A program made the translations under genes and the position numbers. Of a stretch of 64,000 bases of DNA, positions 34,032-41,371 are shown in pieces; positions within the stretch are counted from its first letter, which is position 1, and every line of letters starts with the position of its first letter. This stretch comes from an uncultured Actinomycetota bacterium. GTDB taxonomy: Bacteria; Actinomycetota; Actinomycetes; Streptosporangiales; Streptosporangiaceae. The notes under the pieces are model-generated. The model had not been told where the DNA came from and did no database searches. It saw only the letters and a program-made list of their open reading frames with translations. Location: NCBI GenBank assembly GCA_963739025.1, contig CAVTYS010000007.1, positions 92,467 through 156,466 on the forward strand, read 5' to 3'.

Positions 34032-36155
34032 CTAGGGCGCTCCGGAACTGACTGTCTCGAGTTCGCCGCTGAGGTCCTCCTCAGGCAGCGCCTCGTGCGC
34101 CAGCCGGCTCGGCCACCAGACCTTGCTCCCGATGTCCAGGTTCAGCGCGGTAACCAGGACCGACCGGACGATGATGCTGTCGAGCAGCACCCCGAACGCG
34201 ACCGCGAAGCCGAGCTCGGCAAGGAACGTGATCGGCAGCGTCCCGAGGACCGCGAACGTGCCAGCCAGCACCACGCCGGCCGAGGTGATCACGCCCCCGG
34301 TCGCGGCGAGGCCGATCAGCGCGCCGCGGCGGGCGCCGTGCCGCTTGCTTTCCTCCCTGACCCTGGTCATCAGGAAGATGTTGTAGTCGATGCCGAGTGC
34401 CACCAGGAACACGAACACGAACAGCGGGAACGAGGTGTCGGCGCCACCGAAGTGGAACAGGTGGTCGAACACCAGCGCGCTAACCCCCAGTGCCGCGGCG
34501 AACGAGAGCACGACGGTGGCGATGAGCATGATCGGCGCGATAAGGGCGCGGAGCAGCAGGGCCAGGATCAGGAACACGACGCCAAGGATCAGCGGGATGA
34601 TCACATTACGGTCGTGTGCCGCAGCCCGCTGCACGTCCAAGTTCACCGCCGTATTGCCGCCGACAAGCGCGTGCGCATCTGGCACGGCGTGCACGGCCGC
34701 GCGCACCCGGTCGATGGTCGAGTACCCGGCCTGGCTGTCCGGCGCCGACGTGAGCGTGCCTTCCAGGAAGACGTGCCCGTCGTGCACCTGCGGCGCGGTA
34801 ACCGCCGTGATGCCGCGCACCCCGGCGAAGGCCGTGCGCAACTGGCTGCTGGCGGCCGGACTGCCCGCCACGACAACGGGCTGGCCGACGCCGGCAGGGA
34901 AGTTCTTGTCGATCACCTGCTGGCCCACGACCGAGTCAGGGTGGTTGCCGGCGAAGGACTCAGCGGCGGTCAGGCCGCTGGCCTTCAGACCGGTGAGGCC
35001 GACGGCCATGACGCCGAGCACCACGGCGGTGGTCACCCAGACCACGCGCGGCCGGACAGCGATCCTGCGGCCGATGCGGGCCCAGATACCCTTGCTGGTC
35101 GGCTCGGCTGAGCCGTAGGTGGGCCTGACCGGCCAGAAGATCCACCGGCCGAAGATCACGAGCAGCGCGGGAAGCAGCGTGATCATGGCAGCGAGGGCCA
35201 CGCCGACGCCGATGGCGAGCACCGGTCCCATGCCCTTGGTGGAGTTCAGCTCCGCGATCGTGAGGGTCAGCAAGCTGAGGATGACGGTGCCGGCGCTGGC
35301 GATGATCGCCGGGCCAGCCCGGCGCAGGGCCACAGCCATGGCCTCGTGCCGGTCTTCGTGCCTGCGGAGTTCCTCCCTGTACCTGGCGGTCAGCAGCAGC
35401 GCGTAGTCCGTTCCCGCGCCGAACACCAGGACGTTCAGGATGCCCGCGCTCTGCCCGTTCACGGTCAGGCCCGCGTGCGCGGCGAGCAGGTAGATCAGTG
35501 CCTCGGCGCTGGTCAGCGCGATCCCGGCGGTGATCACCGGGAGCAACCAGAGGGCAGGGCTGCGGTAGGTGATCAGCAGCAGCACGATCACGACGGCTAG
35601 CGTCGCAAACAGGAGCGTGCTGTCGATGCCGCTGAACGACTTGGCCGAGTCAGATGCGCTGCCGAGCGGGCCGGCGATATGCGCGGTGAGTCCGCCGGAG
35701 TCCGCGTGGGCGATCGACCGCAGCTTGTCGACCGCCGCGGTGGCCCCGTTCCAGCCTTTGGAGCCCAGGTTGACAGGTACAACCGTCTGGGCTGCCTTTC
35801 CGTTGGCCGAGAAGAACGGCCCGGCCACCTGGCTCTTGACTACGCCGTGGATGCCGGTGAAGCCGGCCACGTCCTGCGCGGCCTTGTGCCGGTCGGCGGC
35901 CGTCAGGCCGGACGGCCTGTTATAGACCACGACGGCGGGGAACACGTTCGGGGACTGGAACTTCGACTGCAGGTTCAGCACCCTGGTCGACTCGGCCTTG
36001 GCTGGCAGCCACGCCTGAGCGTCGTTCTTCTCCGCGCCGGTCAGCTTGCCGGACAGCGGTCCCGCCAGCGCGACGACGATCAGCCAGAACACGAGAACCG
36101 CCCATTTCGTGCGACGGCCGCCAGGCAGGCGCAACAGAGCGCGGGCCTTGCTCAT
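34032..36155 (-). CDS. MMPL-family (RND superfamily) transporter
   Basis: Two blocks of about 6 TM segments separated by soluble loops. AGGAG RBS before the ATG at 36155. Confidence 0.9.
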   Translation of the reverse strand: MSKARALLRLPGGRRTKWAVLVFWLIVVALAGPLSGKLTGAEKNDAQAWLPAKAESTRVLNLQSKFQSPNVFPAVVVYNRPSGLTAADRHKAAQDVAGFTGIHGVVKSQVAGPFFSANGKAAQTVVPVNLGSKGWNGATAAVDKLRSIAHADSGGLTAHIAGPLGSASDSAKSFSGIDSTLLFATLAVVIVLLLITYRSPALWLLPVITAGIALTSAEALIYLLAAHAGLTVNGQSAGILNVLVFGAGTDYALLLTARYREELRRHEDRHEAMAVALRRAGPAIIASAGTVILSLLTLTIAELNSTKGMGPVLAIGVGVALAAMITLLPALLVIFGRWIFWPVRPTYGSAEPTSKGIWARIGRRIAVRPRVVWVTTAVVLGVMAVGLTGLKASGLTAAESFAGNHPDSVVGQQVIDKNFPAGVGQPVVVAGSPAASSQLRTAFAGVRGITAVTAPQVHDGHVFLEGTLTSAPDSQAGYSTIDRVRAAVHAVPDAHALVGGNTAVNLDVQRAAAHDRNVIIPLILGVVFLILALLLRALIAPIMLIATVVLSFAAALGVSALVFDHLFHFGGADTSFPLFVFVFLVALGIDYNIFLMTRVREESKRHGARRGALIGLAATGGVITSAGVVLAGTFAVLGTLPITFLAELGFAVAFGVLLDSIIVRSVLVTALNLDIGSKVWWPSRLAHEALPEEDLSGELETVSSGAP

Positions 36156-36510
36156 CTCCAGACTCCTGATCACTAGGGTGGTACTGGACAAGGTCAGCCC
36201 GCGCGTGTCTGTGTCACGAGGACCAACTCAAGTTATATCTCGAATGCGCAGAAGCCTACAACTTCTTTTCGGCGCAACTCAGACCGCCCCTGCCGGTAGG
36301 GCGGGATGCGGGAGCCGACAGCGGGTGCGGGCCGGGCTCCGTCTGCTCCGTCCCTCAGATCAACGCTATCGAGGCCAGCATCTAGCGCCTTCGCCGACCG
36401 CCCGCCCACCTAGCACGGCGTTCCGTCAGTATCGCGTCCGGATTGACCTTTTTGTGGTCAGCGAATCCGTGGGAAGTCGGTCCGGGGGTAGCGCGGGGAT
36501 GCGGTGCCGT

Positions 36511-36544
36511 GGGACCTGGGGTGCCGGGGGACCTGGGGTGCCCG
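36511..36544. repeat. 17-bp tandem duplication (GGGACCTGGGGTGCCGG x2) in a ~500-bp non-coding gap
   Basis: Read directly. Confidence 0.8.
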
Positions 36545-36696
36545 GTGAACGGTGATCCGGGACGAGAGGCCGCCCGGCAACCGATTCCGTACGACCATAC
36601 TATATTGCGCTGCGTACTGAGGCCAGGGCGCTCCGTGGTCGGGCGGGCGCGTTCCACGCTGACCAAGCCGGGCTGGATGGTGCATGATCAGCCTTG

Positions 36697-37527
36697 ATGA
36701 GCGAACCTGAGCCGGCCCAGTCGGCTGGCGTCGCGAGCGTGATGATCCGGCCCGCTGTCACCGAGGCGATCGGCCAGGCTGGTGACGCTCGCCTGAGCGC
36801 CGATCAGGTGACGGCAGCAGCGCGGCAGGCGGTTGCGGCGTGGGCGGCCGCGGTGGCGGAGGACGGTGCCGCGCTGGCGGCGGTGGCCAGTACCGACGCC
36901 GCGCACTGGCTGCTGCATCCAGTCAGGAAGAACTGGCAGGTGGCGCCGGGTCCGGTCGTGACCGAGATCGATGTCTGGGGCCTGAACGCGGGCGCGCAGC
37001 CGCCCGTGCTGAAGGTCAGCTTCCGGTTCACCGGCACGCAGGTGTTCGGCGCACCTGACGGGGACGCGAGGGCGTCAGCCGAAGGCGCGGGCGGTGCCAC
37101 GGACTTCGTGGGGATGGTCAACCTCAGGTTCGCCGGCACGGGGGGCTGGCACGTCGCGTCGCGACATGTCCGGACCCTCGATGACTTCCTCGGGTACGTA
37201 TTCACCAGCCGTCACGAGACTCAGGAGGAATACCTCGAGCGAACTGGCCCGGCGCGCACGGCGGCCTCGGCGGCACGCGCGGCTGCTCAGCGCGCGTTCC
37301 GGATCACCGCCGGGTTCGCTGAGCACGATGCCCGGTTTGGCGCTTCTGTGTCGGTGTACGTCCAGCTGGAGTCCGCGCCGGCTCGCGAGGAGGCCGTCCG
37401 GCTCGTGTGGCAGGCAGTCGAGCAGGAGACCGCCGGGGCGCTTGGCGCGGGGGACTGGCAGCCGTCGCTGAACTGGCTCGACGTGGTCGAGTTGCGGCCT
37501 GACACGCGCGATGCGCGGGCCGGGTGA
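36697..37527 (+). CDS. Hypothetical protein (no recognised domain)
   Basis: High GC3. The stop overlaps the ORF that contains the downstream HdeD-like gene. Confidence 0.6.
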   Translation: MSEPEPAQSAGVASVMIRPAVTEAIGQAGDARLSADQVTAAARQAVAAWAAAVAEDGAALAAVASTDAAHWLLHPVRKNWQVAPGPVVTEIDVWGLNAGAQPPVLKVSFRFTGTQVFGAPDGDARASAEGAGGATDFVGMVNLRFAGTGGWHVASRHVRTLDDFLGYVFTSRHETQEEYLERTGPARTAASAARAAAQRAFRITAGFAEHDARFGASVSVYVQLESAPAREEAVRLVWQAVEQETAGALGAGDWQPSLNWLDVVELRPDTRDARAG

Positions 37528-37586
37528 TTGCGGCTCGCCGTCCGGGCACATACCCGAAAAGGACTGAGTGCGCTGAGGGGGCATAC

Positions 37587-38162
37587 ATGCCTGCTGGCAC
37601 GAGAACCGATCCCGCCGACCTGGTCGCCAGGGTCGGCAGGCACTGGGGATGGGTGCTGGCCTTCGGCATCATCACCGTCATCGTCGGCATAGCCGCGCTC
37701 GCGTGGCCTGGCAGGACGCTCGTGGTCGTCGCGGTCCTGTTCGGCATCCAGCTGATCGTGATGGGCATCTTCCGGTTCGCCAGCGCCATCGCATCCGATG
37801 ACCTGACCGGCGGCTCGCGGGTGCTCCTCGCGCTGCTGGGAGTGCTGTCGCTGATCGTCGGCCTGTACGCGGTGCGGCACATCCTGATCACCTTGCTGGC
37901 GCTGGCACTGCTGCTCGGCATCTTCTGGATCGTCAGCGGCGCGGTCGAGCTGTTCATGGCGCTCTCGCATCGCGAGATGCGTCATCGCGGCTGGAACTCC
38001 GTGATGGGCGTGATCAGCGTGCTGGCCGGGATCATCGTCCTCGCGATCCCGGGCATCTCGCTGCTCGTGCTCGCGGTCGTGCTGAGCGTCTGGCTGGTCT
38101 TCTTCGGGGTCATGCAGATCTCGATCGCCGTCCGCATCCGCGCGCTCGGCGCCAGCGGCTGA
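37587..38162 (+). CDS. HdeD/DUF308-family membrane protein
   Basis: GAGGGGG RBS. Repeated TM hairpins (WGWVLAFGIITVIVGIAALAWPG...). Confidence 0.75.
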   Translation: MPAGTRTDPADLVARVGRHWGWVLAFGIITVIVGIAALAWPGRTLVVVAVLFGIQLIVMGIFRFASAIASDDLTGGSRVLLALLGVLSLIVGLYAVRHILITLLALALLLGIFWIVSGAVELFMALSHREMRHRGWNSVMGVISVLAGIIVLAIPGISLLVLAVVLSVWLVFFGVMQISIAVRIRALGASG

Positions 38163-38163
38163 G

Positions 38164-39021
38164 CTACCTGACCGCCTCGAAGATGGCGGTCACCTCGCTG
38201 TTGGTCAGCTGAACCGAGGCGGCGCTGACGTTCTCATCGAGGTGCTCGGGCGAGCCCGTGCCCGGTATCGGCAGCATCCGCGGCGACCTGGCCAGCAGCC
38301 AGGCAAGGATGACCTGCCTGGTGCTCACGCCGTGATTGCGCGCGGCGGCGAGAACGGGGACGATCTCGTCGCCGTCCTGGATCGGCGCCCACGGCAGGAA
38401 CGCGATCGACTCCTGGTCACAGAGATCGACCATGGATTCCGATGAGCGGTCGGAGGCGTTGTAGCGATTCTGCACCGAGACCACGGGGGCGAGCCGCTGG
38501 GCCTCGCGCAGCTGCGCCTCCGACATGTTCGACAGCCCGATGTGCCGGATCTTTCCCTCGCTCTTGAGCTCGGCCAGGGCACCGACCGACTCGGCGTAGG
38601 GCACTTTCGGGTCGGGCCGGTGCAGCTGGTAGAGCGGGATCTGCTCCAGCTTCAGCCGGCGCAGGCTGTCTTCGCACGAGGCGCGCAGGTGCTCGGGCCG
38701 CCCGTCGGGATCCCAGCGCCCAGGGCCGGGTCGCACCAGGCCGCCCTTGGTGGCGATGACGAGGTCGGCGGGGTACGGATGCAGCGTGTCGGCGATCAGC
38801 GCCTCGCTGACCTCCGGGCCGTAGGAGTTCGCCGTGTCGATGAAGTTGACGCCGAGCTCAACCGCCCGGCGCAGCGTCGCCTGGGCCTGGTCGCGGTCCG
38901 GCGGATCGCCCCAGATACCCCGGCCGGTGATCCGCATGGCGCCGAAGCCCATCCGGTTCACCGTCATGTCCCCGCCGATTCCGATCGTGCCAGCTGCGGC
39001 CGCGCTCGGCTGCCCGTCCAT
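38164..39021 (-). CDS. Aldo/keto reductase
   Basis: GGGAGG RBS before the ATG at 39021. GFGAMRITG and GVNFIDTANSYG. Confidence 0.85.
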   Translation of the reverse strand: MDGQPSAAAAGTIGIGGDMTVNRMGFGAMRITGRGIWGDPPDRDQAQATLRRAVELGVNFIDTANSYGPEVSEALIADTLHPYPADLVIATKGGLVRPGPGRWDPDGRPEHLRASCEDSLRRLKLEQIPLYQLHRPDPKVPYAESVGALAELKSEGKIRHIGLSNMSEAQLREAQRLAPVVSVQNRYNASDRSSESMVDLCDQESIAFLPWAPIQDGDEIVPVLAAARNHGVSTRQVILAWLLARSPRMLPIPGTGSPEHLDENVSAASVQLTNSEVTAIFEAVR

Positions 39022-39134
39022 CGAAACCTCCCAGTGCGTGCTCGCCATCGGCCAGATGGCCGGACGTTCCGCACGATACGCCGGCGGCTGCGACGTGCCC
39101 CTGCGTGGTCCCGTTCCCGCGCGGACCACGGGCC

Positions 39135-39265
39135 CTAGCTGGCGAAGGGCACGACGTCGCAGCTGGCCCGTTCGAGTTCGAGGACCCGTCGGTACTCGGC
39201 AGCGTGAAGCGCTCGGTGATGGCGGCGTTGCCGCCGCATTCTGGACATGGCGTGACGGCTTGCAT
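39135..39265 (-). pseudogene. Small zinc-ribbon-like ORF with an apparent frameshift
   Basis: AGGAAGGG RBS, then MQAVTPCPECGGNAAITERFTLPSTDG. A second frame continues VLELERASCDVVPFAS*. The 131-nt span is not a multiple of 3. Confidence 0.35.
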
Positions 39266-39390
39266 GGCTATTGCCCTTCCTGTGCTGTGTGCGGCGCGAT
39301 CGCGATGGCGGGCCGCGAGGTGATATGCCGTCACGGCCACGACGACCGCGGCGACGGGATGACGACGAGAATCCGAACCGGACGGCTACG

Positions 39391-40767
39391 TCAGGCGAAG
39401 ACACGGCGGTGCCTCTTGGTGCCGGCGGCGATGGCCGCGACGGCGGCCGTCGCCTGATCGACGTCGTCTGGGGTGTTGTAGAGGTAGAAGCTGAGCCTGC
39501 AGCTGGCGGGCGGCGTGAGGCCGAGCGCGTGGTGAGCGAGCGTGGCGCAGTGGCAGCCCGCCCTGGCTTCGACGCCGGCCTGGTCGAGGGCGCGCGCGAC
39601 GTCAACAGGGTCGCGGCCGTGCAGGTTGAACGCGACCAGGGAGGTGCGGCGGGCGGCGTCGCGAGGACCGTAGATGGTGATGCCGTCGATGTCCCCGAGC
39701 CGCCGCAGGGCTTGGGCGGTCAACTGCTGGTTCCATCCGGCGATGCGGGTCATGGCGTCTTGGACGACGGCGCTGGTAAGCGGCGCCGCCGTGCCGAAGA
39801 AGGCGGGGCGCTTGGGGGTGAGCGCGAGGTCGGCGAGCAGCCGCAGGGCCTGTGCGGAGACGATGGCGCCCAGGATGTTCGGGGTGCCGGCCGAGTACTT
39901 CCACGGCAGCGCGTTGTAGGCCACGGCGTGCGGATGGACCTGGCCCTCGGCGATCATGTCGCCGCCGTAGAGGAACGGCAGCGATCGCCTTGCGAGCGCG
40001 GGCCGCGTGTACAGCACGCCAATGCCGAACGGGGCGAGCATCTTGTGCATAGAAAACGCCAGGTAGTCCACGTCGAGGGCGGCGACGTCGACGTGGCTGC
40101 CCGGCACCAGCTGAGCTCCGTCTACCAGCAGCAGGGAGCGGGTCTCGCCGTCCGGCTGTTGGTAGCCCGAGGTGTCGGCGAGCGCCTTGATCGTGGCCAG
40201 GGGCGTGCGGGAGCCGAGGAAGTTGGAAGCGCCGGTGACGGCGACCAGCTTGGTGCGGTGGTCGATGAGCGAGGCGAGGTGATCCACGTCGAGCTCGCCC
40301 GTCACGGGGTCGAACCGGGCGAGCCTGCACTGCACGCGGCGGCCGAAGCGGGGCAGGATTTCCCTGGCAAGGCCATGCCATGGCACGTAGTTCGAGTTGT
40401 GCTCAGCCAGCGTGGTGACCACGTTGTCGCCGTCGCGGAACTCGGTCAGCAGCGTGTACATGACCGCGTTGATGGCCTCGGTCGCATTCCGGTACAAGGC
40501 GATGCTGTCCGGCCCCGGCGCGCCAAGGAACGTCGCGATCGTGCCGTATGCGTCCTCGAACCAGGCCGTCATCTGCCGGGACGCGGCCGACTGGCCGCGG
40601 TGCACGTTCTCGTATCCGGGGCCAAGCGCGGCGTACAGATCGAGCAGTTCCCTTGGCGGCTGCGTGCTCGCCGCGTTGTTCGTCACCACCCGTCCCGCAC
40701 CGGGGAACACGAAGTGCCGCCGTATCGCCCGCACGTCGAGTGTCGTCGCCGTCATCGCGGTCCTCAT
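39391..40767 (-). CDS. Class-V aminotransferase / SufS-like (group II) cysteine desulfurase
   Basis: PLP-lysine context SMHKM, active-site loop RAGCHCA, N-terminal NNAASTQ...YENVHRG. Confidence 0.8.
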   Translation of the reverse strand: MRTAMTATTLDVRAIRRHFVFPGAGRVVTNNAASTQPPRELLDLYAALGPGYENVHRGQSAASRQMTAWFEDAYGTIATFLGAPGPDSIALYRNATEAINAVMYTLLTEFRDGDNVVTTLAEHNSNYVPWHGLAREILPRFGRRVQCRLARFDPVTGELDVDHLASLIDHRTKLVAVTGASNFLGSRTPLATIKALADTSGYQQPDGETRSLLLVDGAQLVPGSHVDVAALDVDYLAFSMHKMLAPFGIGVLYTRPALARRSLPFLYGGDMIAEGQVHPHAVAYNALPWKYSAGTPNILGAIVSAQALRLLADLALTPKRPAFFGTAAPLTSAVVQDAMTRIAGWNQQLTAQALRRLGDIDGITIYGPRDAARRTSLVAFNLHGRDPVDVARALDQAGVEARAGCHCATLAHHALGLTPPASCRLSFYLYNTPDDVDQATAAVAAIAAGTKRHRRVFA

Positions 40768-41288
40768 GGCCGCGGCCTGGCCGGTGACACCGTGATGGTC
40801 TGCTCGCCGTTCGGGTTCTGGCTGGTGGGGAACAGGTCGCTCTCATCGATGTCGGCGTGGATGTGACAGGTGATCTTCGCGTCGCCCTGGTCCAGGCACT
40901 GCACCTCGATCTGGATGGGCGGCTGGATGTCGCCGACGTCGAGCGTCGTGTCGGCGGGCATCCGCAGGAACATCGCCGAGTGGCCCGACCCTGGCGCCAG
41001 CGGAGTGATGCTGGTGAGCGTCGCGTAGGACGAGACGAACACGCTGTCGGGGACGATGAGCTGCGCGATGGAGTCGTCGCTGATCTTCACGTGGAACGCG
41101 ATGTTTATCAGCCGGACTCCGTCCGGTGCTCCGGCGTTCGTCGCGGTCACCGTGAAGGCGGCGGTCTGTCCTGGCGTGAGCACGTCGTGGTTCGCTCGCT
41201 TCGGGATGACCGGCGAGACGGTGGTGGTCACCTGACTGTCGAGGTAGTCGGCGACGGCGGCCGGAATGTCGACAAGGTCGATGGGCAT
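40764..41288 (-). CDS. Uncharacterised cytoplasmic protein, beta-rich, two Cys (QCLDQGDAKITCH)
   Basis: GAGGAG RBS before the ATG at 41288. ATGA overlap with the desulfurase start. No signal peptide and no recognised domain. Confidence 0.65.
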   Translation of the reverse strand: MPIDLVDIPAAVADYLDSQVTTTVSPVIPKRANHDVLTPGQTAAFTVTATNAGAPDGVRLINIAFHVKISDDSIAQLIVPDSVFVSSYATLTSITPLAPGSGHSAMFLRMPADTTLDVGDIQPPIQIEVQCLDQGDAKITCHIHADIDESDLFPTSQNPNGEQTITVSPARPRP

Positions 41289-41326
41289 GGCAGGCTCCTC
41301 GCGCGGTGGCAAGCGTTGCAGCCGTT

Positions 41327-41371
41327 ACTCTCGGCGGCGGGCGTTAGCGAGGCGCTAGCGAGGCGCTAGCG
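41327..41371 (-). promoter_or_regulatory. SARP-box-like element: three heptamers (CTAGCGC, CTAGCGC, CTAACGC) at 11-bp period, 8 nt upstream of the -10-like GAGAGT
   Basis: Minus strand reads CGCTAGCGCCT CGCTAGCGCCT CGCTAACGCCC GCCGCC GAGAGT. The first copy overlaps the regulator stop codon (41366-41368). Confidence 0.45.

Noticed and set aside
39271-40866. 531-aa plus-strand ORF
   Set aside because: It is antisense to the cysteine desulfurase.
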